From an uncultured Bacteroidales bacterium (GTDB lineage Bacteria > Bacteroidota > Bacteroidia > Bacteroidales > UBA3663), in the NCBI GenBank assembly GCA_905235375.1, contig CAJOLH010000040.1, positions 9,028-73,027 of the forward strand: 64,000 bases of DNA. Reading direction: 5' to 3'. The translations under genes were made by a program, and so were the position numbers. Below are positions 46,623-56,072 of the stretch, one piece after another. The notes under the pieces were generated by a model, which worked only from the letters and a program-made list of their open reading frames with translations, searched no databases and was not told where the DNA came from. Position 1 is the first letter of the stretch. Each line of letters starts with the position of its first letter.

Positions 46623-47774
46623 TTAGAAATTGTTGTAATTGGCATCGGAGGCTGGAATAATGGCAATGCACTCCATCTCGATGAGCCATGCCGGACGGCA
46701 GACGGGAGCAAGGGTGATGACACGGGGTGTGGCTGGCAGTCGTTCGGCAAGGTATCGGTTGACCAGGTGGTAGTCTGCCACATCGCGCAGATAGACGATG
46801 GATTGCACCATATCATCGAGCGTGGCGCCGCCTTCCTTGAACAGCGCCTCGACGTTTTCGATCATACGTTCAGCCTGTGCCCTGACGTCGCCGATATTGA
46901 TGGTTTCGCCTCGATTGTTGATGCTTGCCGTGCCGCTGATGAGCAGATGGCGACGATCGCCGTATTGGATGGCCGTGCCGCGTTCGAAGGTTACTCCATA
47001 CTGATAGGTCGGATTGAGGTGGGTGGGCGCGTAGAGATAACGCTGCTGTTCGGGACGCAGTCCTTGGGCGGCGTATGCATCCATCTGCACAAGGCTTTGC
47101 GTCAGGATGGGTTGTCCGCCGATGCCTGTGCTGGCGACGTAGTGGGTGTCGGGCGTCAGACCTTGCAGGGTGAAGTTGTTGCAGCGTGCCTCGACCATCC
47201 CCTTGTAGTTGGTATCGACATCGCGGATGAAGAGCCAGGTGCGCAGGCAGTTGTCGGCCAGATTGAGGCCGGTGTGGTGGAGTTGTGCCTCGTAGCCTTC
47301 GAGAATCTCACGGGTCTGGGCGAACGAACCGCCTGCGGTCGATTGCAGGTTGGTGCTCCAGTTGTGGCAGTAGCCGTTGTGCGAGGCTGTGGTAAGGTCT
47401 TTGGAATAGGAAACCTCCATGCCTTCGGTCATATAGACCCAAAGTGCAATCTTTGTGCCGTCGAGCGGAGGTTGCCCAATCATCGAGACGGCGCCCATGT
47501 CGGTGCCTTCGTGCTGCAGTTGAGCACGGAGGATGGATGCCTGGTTGTCAATGTCGCTGAGCAGATAGCGTCGCATGATGACCTTGGCATCCCCGTATTT
47601 CCCGAGCAATAGGGTATAGGCCTTCTGAATCTGCTCCATCTGTTTCCCGAAGCCTTCGAGGTCGTTGTGGACGTGCAGGATGATGTGCCGTTCGGTGGCG
47701 CCCTGGGCGGAGGCGAAGGTTGCCGTTTCTGCCCAGGCTCGCAAATGGTCGAATTCTATTTTTTCAAATGACAT
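46623..47774 (-). CDS. Two-domain YjgF/RidA-fold protein (FkbO/Hyg5 chorismatase-like, tentative)
   Basis: 383 aa. The C-terminal 120 aa have the clear Rid pattern (ISGTASI...GDVRAQAERMIENVEALF...VYLRDVADY...VCRPAWLIEMECIA). The N-terminal half has a similar size and fold pattern. Confidence 0.5.
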   Translation of the reverse strand: MSFEKIEFDHLRAWAETATFASAQGATERHIILHVHNDLEGFGKQMEQIQKAYTLLLGKYGDAKVIMRRYLLSDIDNQASILRAQLQHEGTDMGAVSMIGQPPLDGTKIALWVYMTEGMEVSYSKDLTTASHNGYCHNWSTNLQSTAGGSFAQTREILEGYEAQLHHTGLNLADNCLRTWLFIRDVDTNYKGMVEARCNNFTLQGLTPDTHYVASTGIGGQPILTQSLVQMDAYAAQGLRPEQQRYLYAPTHLNPTYQYGVTFERGTAIQYGDRRHLLISGTASINNRGETINIGDVRAQAERMIENVEALFKEGGATLDDMVQSIVYLRDVADYHLVNRYLAERLPATPRVITLAPVCRPAWLIEMECIAIIPASDANYNNF

Positions 47775-47825
47775 GTGTAATGTATGAATGTTTGGTAAGG
47801 CAGAGTGATGGGAGGTGTGATTGTA

Positions 47826-49199
47826 TCATTTGCATATTTCCGCATTGAGCTCCCTGATCATGCGGAGCGTGGTGGTGTCGCAGGCAAAGACGGAGTTGAG
47901 GCCCTGTTCCTCCTGTGCGGGGTCGCAGACATAGTCGTCGTAGGGTTGCCAGATGACGTGCTTGACGTTGGCACGGCCTCCCCATCCCCAGAAGTTGCAG
48001 CCGGCAATCATGCCCGAGTCGCGGATGATGGAGAAGACGTAGCGATAGTAGGCATGGCGTCCCTGGGTGGGCGAACCCGGGGTAAAGACAAAGCGGTCGC
48101 GCGGATAACCGAACTCTTCGAGCACGATGGGACGACCGGCAGTGCTCAATGCTTTGTGCGCGTTCCTTATATAATCTAATGTGGAGTCGCAGGCTGCCTG
48201 CACGCGTTCGACGATGGGGTCGGGCGTATCCTCGGCGATGGTCTTGCCGGCATCGTAGTTCTGGTTGAATTGTCCGAGCCAGCCCCAGTTGTTGGGCCAG
48301 ATGTGGATGCAGGCGTAGTCGATGTTCGGCAACGTGTGGATGGCATTGAAAAGTTCGTAGTCGTCCTGGCAGCCATGATAACCTTCGGAACCCGTGGTGA
48401 CGAGGTGATTCGGGTCAAGGCTCTTGATGAGGCTCGACTGCTCGTCGATCCATTCGACAAACTTCGCCTTGTGGAGCGAGTCGTCGGCGAAGCAGCGCGG
48501 CTCGTTCGCAATCTCCCATGCCATGAGGGCGGGTGACTCGGCGTAAGGCTTGCCGGTGATGGTGTTGGTGCGGCTTACGACGTAACGCACATGACGGGCT
48601 GCCATCGCCTTGGCAGAATCGTTGAGGACGAATGCGGCGACATACTGCATATATTCCCACCAGCCGTCGTAGCTCGGCACGGGCGTGCGGTCGAAGTGCA
48701 CCATCTTGCCCTGCTCCTTCGAACTCATCACGTCGCCCGAATATCCAGCCCAGTCGAGGTAGGCACCATAGCCACCCGACCATTCCCAGGCATTGTTGAT
48801 GTAGAGCACGGCTTTCATCTGTCGCTTCTCGAGTTCGCACATCATGAAGTCGAGGCCTTCGAGGATGGTGTCATTATAGACACCGGGTTCGCGCTGGAGT
48901 TTGGGGTAGATGTGCGAAGGAATCCCGTCGCGGCCATCACCGCCAACGAGGACGCGCACGTTGTCGATGCCAACGGCCTTCATGTCGTCAAGTTCCTGAA
49001 CGAGGCGCTCGCGGTTGCCGCCCATTCCTGTCGAGCCGAGGATGGCACCATACCAGAAGTTGGTGCCCACGTAGCGGTATTCCTTGCCGCCTTGGTAGAA
49101 CTTGCCGTTGCGAACAGTCACGTATGGCGATTCGTCCTGTGTCGTGGTGCACGAAGCAAGCAGGGCGAGGAGGGAGAGAAAGAGGATGGGATTTTTCAT
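47826..49199 (-). CDS. GH5 endo-beta-1,4-mannanase lipoprotein
   Basis: Preferred start MKNPILFLSLLALLASC (ATG 49199). NAWEWSGG, the acid/base motif WEIANEPRC and the nucleophile region VLEEFGYPRD. Confidence 0.8.
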   Translation of the reverse strand: MKNPILFLSLLALLASCTTTQDESPYVTVRNGKFYQGGKEYRYVGTNFWYGAILGSTGMGGNRERLVQELDDMKAVGIDNVRVLVGGDGRDGIPSHIYPKLQREPGVYNDTILEGLDFMMCELEKRQMKAVLYINNAWEWSGGYGAYLDWAGYSGDVMSSKEQGKMVHFDRTPVPSYDGWWEYMQYVAAFVLNDSAKAMAARHVRYVVSRTNTITGKPYAESPALMAWEIANEPRCFADDSLHKAKFVEWIDEQSSLIKSLDPNHLVTTGSEGYHGCQDDYELFNAIHTLPNIDYACIHIWPNNWGWLGQFNQNYDAGKTIAEDTPDPIVERVQAACDSTLDYIRNAHKALSTAGRPIVLEEFGYPRDRFVFTPGSPTQGRHAYYRYVFSIIRDSGMIAGCNFWGWGGRANVKHVIWQPYDDYVCDPAQEEQGLNSVFACDTTTLRMIRELNAEICK

Positions 49200-49204
49200 T
49201 CTAA

Positions 49205-50710
49205 CTAATAATTTGTCGAAAAAGGCACGACAGGTAATCCGTAGCAGTCGTGGAGTTGGTTGGTAGTGAAATTGTGGTAGTTGTAGCGTACATTCTTCAC
49301 TTCGCCAGCCTCGGGGCAGACGAGTTTCAGGAAGCAACCTCTGTATTCGGGATCGCTCCAGCCGTTTTCGGCCCAAACGATGGCCTTGTGCCAAACACCA
49401 TCGGCACCAGCAGCTTCAAAGCCTTCGATGTCGAACATCTGATCAACGCCATCAACGAGATTGCTGAAGTAGAGGCATACGACTTTTCCCTTGTCGTTGG
49501 CATTGGCAGCCATGGCGGATCCCGCAACAAAGTTAAGGTATTTGTTGTCCACCTCGATGGTCTTCATGCGCTCAAATTCGGGTGCTTCGGCATGGATGCC
49601 TTCGATGCCATAGTCGCGCGTGGCGGCCATATAGGCGAGGCGCTGTCCGATCTCTTTCTTGCGGCAACCATGAATCTGCTCGGCCTCGTAGGGCAGGATA
49701 AGGTCGGTGGTCGAAACGCATCCGCTGTTCTCAAGTTCATGCGCAATCTGATGCTGAGCAGCACGGAAGTCAGCGCAGTTGGTGCCATTAACATCACCGT
49801 AACTGTAGCCGGGCAGTTCGACGGTGTAAATGGGCAAAGGATCGTCGCCTTGACGCCACATCTTGCGCCAAAGGCGTGTCATGGTCTTGAAACGCTCAAC
49901 GTATTCCTTCTCGCGGCCTACGTTCGATTCGCCTTGGTTCCAAAGGAAGCCCTTTATGGTGTAGCCTGCCAAAGGATGGAGCATGCCATTGAACATCACC
50001 ATCTTGCGGTGATAGTCCGTATTGTCCATGGGGGTGAGACCGTCGGGATAGGTGAGGAGGATTTCCTTGGGCAACCAGCCTTCAACGCAACTGCCGCCCC
50101 ACGAGCAATTGATAATGCCCACGGGTACGTCGAGGATATCGGTCAAAGTCTGTGCAAAGAAATAACCGCAAGCCGAGAAATTGACAGCGTTCTTCGGTTC
50201 GCACACCTTCCATCCCCCTGGCACACGATCCTGTGGCTCCAAGGCATCCTTTTTCTCGATGGTAGCTACACGTATGCTGCGGCGGTAGCGTCCCGAAAGG
50301 GCAATCTCCTCGTTAGCTCCACGAACGGGGCAGTTCCAGAAGCCTTTGAGAGGCATCTCCATGTTCGATTGGCCTGAGCAGAACCATACTTCGCCGATGA
50401 GAATGTTTTCGATGGTCTTGGTCTCGCCGTCACCCTTGATGATGAGGCTTTGCGGCTCATAGGAAGCGGCAGGCGTCGAGACTTGCAGTTCCCAACGTCC
50501 AGTCTTCTTGTCAGCAGTGGCACGGTAGGTTTGGTCGTCCCAGGATGTTGTTACTTCGACAGTTGTACCGCCTTTTGCCCATCCCCACAGACGGGCTTGG
50601 GTCTGCTGTTGCAGCATCATGTCGTTGCCGATGATTTCGGGGAGTTCGAGGGCTTGAGTGCCCCAAAAACTGGTAAAAAGGAGGGCAAGAGCCAGCAAAT
50701 TCTTTTTCAT
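49205..50710 (-). CDS. SASA/DUF303-type SGNH carbohydrate O-acetylesterase
   Basis: 501 aa with a signal peptide and GEVWFCSGQSNME (GxSN catalytic Ser block). The family is usually annotated sialate O-acetylesterase. It sits next to the GH5 mannanase. Confidence 0.75.
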   Translation of the reverse strand: MKKNLLALALLFTSFWGTQALELPEIIGNDMMLQQQTQARLWGWAKGGTTVEVTTSWDDQTYRATADKKTGRWELQVSTPAASYEPQSLIIKGDGETKTIENILIGEVWFCSGQSNMEMPLKGFWNCPVRGANEEIALSGRYRRSIRVATIEKKDALEPQDRVPGGWKVCEPKNAVNFSACGYFFAQTLTDILDVPVGIINCSWGGSCVEGWLPKEILLTYPDGLTPMDNTDYHRKMVMFNGMLHPLAGYTIKGFLWNQGESNVGREKEYVERFKTMTRLWRKMWRQGDDPLPIYTVELPGYSYGDVNGTNCADFRAAQHQIAHELENSGCVSTTDLILPYEAEQIHGCRKKEIGQRLAYMAATRDYGIEGIHAEAPEFERMKTIEVDNKYLNFVAGSAMAANANDKGKVVCLYFSNLVDGVDQMFDIEGFEAAGADGVWHKAIVWAENGWSDPEYRGCFLKLVCPEAGEVKNVRYNYHNFTTNQLHDCYGLPVVPFSTNY

Positions 50711-51603
50711 ACGAATATCTTGTTTTTATGATAATTCTCGCGGAATTGGGTGGGTGAGCAGCCCTTGCGCTTCTTGAAGATGCGGTTGAAGTTCGATATG
50801 TTGTTGAAGCCCGAGTCGTAGCATATCTCGACCACCGACGTGGTGGTATCGACCAGCTGGCGGGCGGCGTAGCCCAAACGGATGTCGATGATATAGTCCG
50901 AGAGGGTACGTCCTGTGCGTACCTTGAAGAATCGGCTGAATGCGGTCGGTGTCATCCCTGCCAGGTCGGCCACGGTGCCCAGGCGTATCTCTTCCTTGAA
51001 GTGCTCGTCAATGTATTCCTCCACCTTGCGCACACGGCGACTGTCGGTTGTCGATTTCACCGAAGCGAACGACGAGGAGGCGAGCAGATGGAAATCTTCT
51101 TCGAGCGAAAGCTGATAGAGGATGTCGAGCAGTTTGAGCACACGTGGGAAGCCCGGAGCCTCGGACGAAAGGTTGTCCAGCTTGTTGAAGACGCGCATAA
51201 TGGCAGGCAGCCCGAAGCACACTCCGCGCTTGGCATTCTCGAAAAGTCGTGCCAAGGATGCCATCTGACTCTTGGCAAGAAACGACTCGCCCAGCAGGTC
51301 GGGGGAGAACTGGATGACGAACTCACGCACCTTCTTGCCGGCTGCCACATCGACCAGCACCTCGTCGGGATGCTGTTCCCAGGCATGTTCCAGGTTGCTT
51401 CCGATCAGTGCCAGGTCATATTGCCCACAGATTTCGATCGAGTCGCCCACCACGCGGCGAACGCCCGTACAGTTCTCCATGAATGTGAGCTCCACCTCTT
51501 CATGCTTGTGCAGCGGGTAGTCATAGTGATCCTTCTTGTGATCCAGCACATAGAAGCTGTCGTGCTCGGTGAGCGGGGTGATTTCGGTAATGATTTTTTC
51601 CAT
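50707..51603 (-). CDS. AraC-family transcriptional regulator (cupin sensor plus HTH)
   Basis: 298 aa with an N-terminal cupin-like region (HKHEEVELTF) and a C-terminal double HTH (…ICYDSGFNNISNFNRIFKKRKGCSP). 4-nt overlap with the esterase gene. Confidence 0.88.
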   Translation of the reverse strand: MEKIITEITPLTEHDSFYVLDHKKDHYDYPLHKHEEVELTFMENCTGVRRVVGDSIEICGQYDLALIGSNLEHAWEQHPDEVLVDVAAGKKVREFVIQFSPDLLGESFLAKSQMASLARLFENAKRGVCFGLPAIMRVFNKLDNLSSEAPGFPRVLKLLDILYQLSLEEDFHLLASSSFASVKSTTDSRRVRKVEEYIDEHFKEEIRLGTVADLAGMTPTAFSRFFKVRTGRTLSDYIIDIRLGYAARQLVDTTTSVVEICYDSGFNNISNFNRIFKKRKGCSPTQFRENYHKNKIFV

Positions 51604-51635
51604 GATATGCTACCTTTCTGATCAATAATTTGGGG

Positions 51636-51643
51636 CAAATATA
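51636..51643 (-). promoter_or_regulatory. Candidate -7 box (TATATTTG) for the AraC-esterase-GH5 unit
   Basis: The complement of caaatata lies about 33 nt upstream of the ATG at 51603. Confidence 0.4.
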
Positions 51644-51769
51644 TACCAATTCTTCGACTTTAACAAATTATTGACATGATTTTGTTGCAAAAAAGTGCAA
51701 ATATGATTTTTTTTGTCAAAAAAGTATCAAATAAATGTGCGGTTTTTTGATAATTCGAAAAAATCTGTT

Positions 51770-51777
51770 TACCTTTG
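51770..51777 (+). promoter_or_regulatory. Candidate -7 box (TACCTTTG) for the DUF1846 gene
   Basis: Matches TAnnTTTG about 115 nt upstream of the ATG at 51892. This places the heptamer array in the 5' leader. Confidence 0.35.
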
Positions 51778-51817
51778 CCCCGTTTTTTTAAATAATTTGT
51801 TTTTCCCCCAAAAAGCC

Positions 51818-51887
51818 AATTATTAATTGTTAATTATTAATTGTTAATTGATAATTGTTAATTGTTAATTCTTAATTGTTAATTGAT
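51818..51887 (+). repeat. Ten tandem heptamers (AATTATT/AATTGTT/AATTGAT/AATTCTT) ending 4 nt before a start codon
   Basis: Read directly: AATTATTAATTGTTAATTATTAATTGTTAATTGATAATTGTTAATTGTTAATTCTTAATTGTTAATTGAT. Confidence 0.9.
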
Positions 51888-51891
51888 CAAT

Positions 51892-53352
51892 ATGAAGTTA
51901 GGTTTCGACAACGACAAGTACATCCGCATCCAGTCGGAGCACATCAAGGAACGCATCGCCCATTTTGAGGGCAAACTCTACCTCGAGTTGGGAGGCAAGC
52001 TTTTCGACGACCATCATGCCTCGCGCGTCCTGCCCGGCTTCCAGCCCGACAGCAAGTTGCGTATGCTGAGCCAGCTTGCCGATTCGGCGGAGATCATCAT
52101 CGTCATCAGTGCCACCGACATCGAAAGGAACAAGGTGCGCGCCGACCTCGGCATCACCTACGACGAGGATGTGCTTCGCCTGCGCAGTGAGTTCATGGGT
52201 CGCGGCTTCATGGTGAGCGGCGTGGTCATCACCCACTACAACGGGCAGGCCAGCGCCAAAGCTTTCCGCGAACGCCTGGAGCGTATGGGCATCACCACCC
52301 GCTACCAGTACTTCATCGAGGGCTATCCGCATAATGTCGATGTCATCGCTTCGCCCGAGGGCTTCGGTCGCAACGAATACTTCGAGACCACACGCCCGCT
52401 CGTCATTGTCACCGCCCCTGGTCCAGGCAGCGGCAAGATGGCCGTCTGCCTCTCGCAGCTCTACAACGAGAACCAGCACGGCGTGCGGGCAGGTTATGCC
52501 AAGTTCGAGACTTTCCCCGTCTGGAACCTCCCGCTCAAGCATCCCGTCAACATTGCCTACGAAGCTGCCACTGCCGACCTCGGCGATGTCAACATGATCG
52601 ACCCCTTCCATCTCGAAGCCTATGGCAAGATGGCGGTGAACTACAATCGTGACGTCGAGATTTTCCCCGTGCTCAACACCCTCTTCGAAGGCATCTACGG
52701 CTCGTCGCCCTACAAGTCGCCCACCGACATGGGCGTCAACATGGTGGGCTTCTGCATCAGCGACGACGAAGTGTGCTCCAAGGCATCGAAGGACGAGATT
52801 GTGCGCCGCTACTTCGCGGCTCTCTGCAAATATGCCCAGGGGTTGTCTGACGACACCGAGGTCTCGAAGATTGCCCTGCTGATGAAGCAGGCCCGCATTG
52901 ACATCGACTTCCGCCGCACCGTGCCCGCTGCCCGCCAGCGCAAGGAGGAGAGCGGTCACACCAGCATCGCCCTCGAACTGCCCGACCATCAGATCATCAC
53001 CGCCCACAGCAGCTCGCTGCTCGGCTGTTCGGCCGCCCTGCTGCTCAACGTCACCAAGCACCTGGCGGGCATCGACCATGAGATCAACCTCATCCCGCAG
53101 ACCATGATCGAACCCATCCAGAAGATGAAGTTCGAATACCTGCAGGGCCGCAACGTGCGCCTGCATGCCGACGAGGTGCTCGTGGCCCTGTCGATGCTGA
53201 GCGTCAGCAATTCCTATTGCCGCCGCGCCCTCGAGACGCTGCCCCTGCTTCGTGGCTGCCAGGTTCATGCCACCGTGATGCTCAGCGAAGTCGATCGCAC
53301 TATCTTCAAGAAACTCGGCATCGACGTCACCTGCGACCCCGTGGCAAAGTAG
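51892..53352 (+). CDS. DUF1846 (UPF0371) family protein
   Basis: MKLGFDNDKYIRIQSEHIKERI...LYLELGGKLFDDHHASRVLPGF...TAPGPGSGKMA is characteristic of this family. The ATG at 51892 is preferred over the TTG at 51883. Confidence 0.8.
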   Translation: MKLGFDNDKYIRIQSEHIKERIAHFEGKLYLELGGKLFDDHHASRVLPGFQPDSKLRMLSQLADSAEIIIVISATDIERNKVRADLGITYDEDVLRLRSEFMGRGFMVSGVVITHYNGQASAKAFRERLERMGITTRYQYFIEGYPHNVDVIASPEGFGRNEYFETTRPLVIVTAPGPGSGKMAVCLSQLYNENQHGVRAGYAKFETFPVWNLPLKHPVNIAYEAATADLGDVNMIDPFHLEAYGKMAVNYNRDVEIFPVLNTLFEGIYGSSPYKSPTDMGVNMVGFCISDDEVCSKASKDEIVRRYFAALCKYAQGLSDDTEVSKIALLMKQARIDIDFRRTVPAARQRKEESGHTSIALELPDHQIITAHSSSLLGCSAALLLNVTKHLAGIDHEINLIPQTMIEPIQKMKFEYLQGRNVRLHADEVLVALSMLSVSNSYCRRALETLPLLRGCQVHATVMLSEVDRTIFKKLGIDVTCDPVAK

Positions 53353-53448
53353 TCCTTGAGTGAAAGCCTCAATCCACTCATCTTTGTTTCGGTGACGCTC
53401 GTAGTCTATCGAAGGAAGTGAACCAACCTACACGGAATCATTCGCAAT

Positions 53449-53481
53449 GAGCCCTCCGGTCAATATTCGACTGGAGGGCTC
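53449..53481. terminator. Stem-loop in the convergent spacer (candidate bidirectional terminator)
   Basis: GAGCCCTCC (53449-53457) pairs perfectly with GGAGGGCTC (53473-53481) across a 15-nt loop. Confidence 0.5.
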
Positions 53482-53488
53482 GTTTGCC

Positions 53489-54448
53489 TTATAGCGCGAT
53501 GAAGCAGGGGAGGAGGCAGAGCGCCGCCCCGACGGCAACGATGAGGAGGATCCACCATTCGATGATTGCCGACCGAAGGTTGGCTTGCCGGAACGTGAGC
53601 TGCAGGGCGAGCATGGTGGCAAGCATCGGAAGGTGGGTGGACAGATGCGTGGCATCGAGCGCGAACAGCGTCAGCAGGACGAGGCTGAGCACCGAGACGA
53701 GGGCGATGGAGGCTTCAGCCCGCACGGTTTGCCCCACGTCGATGGCAAGCCCCAGCATGGCATAGATCAACAGCAGCAGTGCGACGTAGGCCAAGTAGGC
53801 CGTGCACCACGTGCCAAGCCTTGGCAGGACGGGGATCGGGAAGAGACGGAGGTAGGCAGCCAACATTCCATCGGCCGCCCCGATGCCACTGCCAAAGAAG
53901 TACGCCAGATAGACAGCCCAGATGCCCAGCACAATGCCCGTGAAGGTGCTCATCAGGTTGCGCATACTGGCGCAGCGCATATAGTAGCTGGCGATGGGTT
54001 GCAGCACCACCCACAGCAGGACATGCGGGTTGAGCGTGGACGTGAGGCCGATGATGAGTCCGAGCAGCAGGTGCTTGATGATGGCCACTCGGCGCTGCCA
54101 CAGGCTCGTCTGGAGCGACAGCAGGGCAAGCAGCGCGAGCATTTGGACAATGGCCCACACGACCTTGTCGCCACTGTAGCAGGCGGGGATGTGGCAGACG
54201 GCGAAGCTGAGCGACGAGGTGAGCAGCGGCCAGGCGATGGCGAATGCCTTGACACTGGCTCCTCCATCGGGACGGATGCGTGCCACGATGTGGCGTATGC
54301 CTGCCGAAAGCACGCCCGCTGTGACCCATAAGCTGCACAGCACTTTGGGCGGCGCGGCTCCCAGCAGGGCGAGCGCTGCAACAAGTCCCGCGCTCAGCAG
54401 GATGAGCACGAGGGTGGCGTGGCGATATTGGGTCAGGGGAGAGTACAA
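53489..54448 (-). CDS. Polytopic inner-membrane protein, unknown function
   Basis: About 319 aa of mostly hydrophobic helices. The start is uncertain (TTG in the track, with no nearby ATG). Confidence 0.5.
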   Translation of the reverse strand: MYSPLTQYRHATLVLILLSAGLVAALALLGAAPPKVLCSLWVTAGVLSAGIRHIVARIRPDGGASVKAFAIAWPLLTSSLSFAVCHIPACYSGDKVVWAIVQMLALLALLSLQTSLWQRRVAIIKHLLLGLIIGLTSTLNPHVLLWVVLQPIASYYMRCASMRNLMSTFTGIVLGIWAVYLAYFFGSGIGAADGMLAAYLRLFPIPVLPRLGTWCTAYLAYVALLLLIYAMLGLAIDVGQTVRAEASIALVSVLSLVLLTLFALDATHLSTHLPMLATMLALQLTFRQANLRSAIIEWWILLIVAVGAALCLLPCFIAL

Positions 54449-54450
54449 GA

Positions 54451-54703
54451 GGGTTTGAGGGGTTTGAGGGTTTGAGGGGGGTGAAGGGTTTGAAAGGTTC
54501 GAAGAGTTTGAGGGGTTTGAGGGGGGTGAAGGGTTTGAGGTGTTTGAGGAGTTTGAGGAGTTTGAGGGGTTGCTCCTGTTGGTCGCGTCCGAGGGAAGCG
54601 AGGAGTTTAAGGGGTTTGAGGGGTTTGAGGGCCACCTTTCAAACCTTCGAACCTTTCAAACCTTTCAAACCCTCAAACCTTTCGAACCTTTCAAACCTTT
54701 CAA
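54451..54703. repeat. 9-bp minisatellite (GGTTTGAGG family): about 16 units in one orientation, then about 8 inverted units (CCTTTCAAA), forming a large imperfect palindrome
   Basis: Left block 54451-54569, unique 32 bp, three more units 54602-54630, centre GCCAC, then the inverted block 54636-54703. Confidence 0.9.
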
Positions 54704-54725
54704 CTCCTCCAGCAATAAGCTGGAA

Positions 54726-56072
54726 TCAGTCCCACGCGGCGAGATCGTTGCCGATGTCGTGGCGGTAATATTTGCCTTCGAACTGGATAAGCTCGGCTCC
54801 TCGCATCGACTGGGCGAGGGCGGCGGCAAGGTCAGTGCCATAGGAGGTGACGGCAATGACGCGTCCGCCAGCGGTAACGATGTCACCTGCGTCGTTGCGC
54901 GCCGTGCCGGCATGGAAGAGGATAGCGTGGCGTGCGGAGTCGGCGGGAGCCACGGTGCCCTGGGTGAAGAGCTCGTTGTCGAGCCCCGTCATCACCTTGC
55001 CCTTGGCGTAAGAGCCCGGATAGCCGCCGCTGACGAGCATTACGGTGACGGCAGCACGCGGATCGACTTGGAGCGTCTTCTGGTCGAGGTTGCCGTCGGC
55101 TACGCCTTCGAGCAGCGTCACCAGGTCGCTCTGGATGCGCGGCATGACGACTTCCGTCTCAGGATCGCCCATGCGGACATTGTATTCGATGACCATGGGG
55201 TCGCCGGCATGATACTGCTGGATGTCGCGGTCGATGCGGATGAGGCCGAGGAAGATGAAGCCCTGATAGCGGAGGCCTTCCTGCTGGAGACCTTCGATGG
55301 TGGGGCGAACGATGCGCTCTTCCACCTTCTGCATGAACTCGTCGTCGGCAAACGGTACGGGCGAGCAGTTGCCCATGCCACCGGTGTTGGGTCCGGTGTC
55401 GCCTTCACCGATGCGCTTGTAGTCCTTGGCAACGGGCAGGATCTTGTAGTGCTTGCCGTCGGTGAGCACGAAGACCGAACATTCGATGCCCGACAGGAAC
55501 TCCTCGATGACCACGGTGGCCGATGCTGCTCCGAACATACCGTTGAGCATCTCGCGGAGCTCGCGACGGGCTTCGTCGAGGGTGGGCAGGATGAGTACGC
55601 CCTTGCCTGCAGCCAGTCCGTCGGCCTTGAGCACGTAGGGCGCCTGGAGCTGTTCGAGGAAGCGGCAGGCCTCGTCGTACTGCTGGGCGTTGAACGAGCG
55701 ATAGCGGGCGGTGGGAATCTGATGACGGCTCATGAAGCCCTTGGCAAAATCCTTCGACCCTTCGAGCTGGGCAGCGGCCTTGCTGGGACCGATGACGCGG
55801 ATGCTTGCCAATCGCGGGTCGCCCTTGATGTAGTCGTAGATGCCATTCACCAGTGGGTCTTCGGGGCCTACAACGACCATGCCGATGTGGTGCTGAAGGC
55901 AGAAGTCGCCGATGCGATCGAATTCGCCCACTTTGATGGGGACGTTCTTTCCGTAGGCGCTTGTGCCTGCGTTGCCAGGGGCAATGTATAGTTGTTCACA
56001 CTTGGGGCTTTGTGCCAGTTTCCAAGCGATGGCGCATTCGCGGCCGCCACTGCCGAGGAGGAGGATGTTCAT
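54726..56072 (-). CDS. purD: Phosphoribosylamine-glycine ligase
   Basis: [23 protein letters not shown]...YIAPGNAGT... with an ATP-grasp pattern throughout. Confidence 0.95.
   Translation of the reverse strand: MNILLLGSGGRECAIAWKLAQSPKCEQLYIAPGNAGTSAYGKNVPIKVGEFDRIGDFCLQHHIGMVVVGPEDPLVNGIYDYIKGDPRLASIRVIGPSKAAAQLEGSKDFAKGFMSRHQIPTARYRSFNAQQYDEACRFLEQLQAPYVLKADGLAAGKGVLILPTLDEARRELREMLNGMFGAASATVVIEEFLSGIECSVFVLTDGKHYKILPVAKDYKRIGEGDTGPNTGGMGNCSPVPFADDEFMQKVEERIVRPTIEGLQQEGLRYQGFIFLGLIRIDRDIQQYHAGDPMVIEYNVRMGDPETEVVMPRIQSDLVTLLEGVADGNLDQKTLQVDPRAAVTVMLVSGGYPGSYAKGKVMTGLDNELFTQGTVAPADSARHAILFHAGTARNDAGDIVTAGGRVIAVTSYGTDLAAALAQSMRGAELIQFEGKYYRHDIGNDLAAWD

Noticed and set aside
46428-47612. A 394-aa plus-strand ORF antisense to the Rid/FkbO-like gene, starting in the AT-rich SusC promoter spacer.
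   Set aside because: It has no recognisable domain. The opposite strand has a clear RidA-fold C-terminus.
51898-53268. A 456-aa minus-strand ORF antisense to the DUF1846 gene.
   Set aside because: It has the same shadow-ORF composition, and the plus-strand product matches a known conserved family end to end.
53715-54768. ORFs of 306 aa (minus strand) and 98 aa (plus strand) with LKPLKP / GLRGLK periodicity.
   Set aside because: They are generated by the 9-bp minisatellite and overlap the membrane protein gene in another frame. There is no independent coding evidence.
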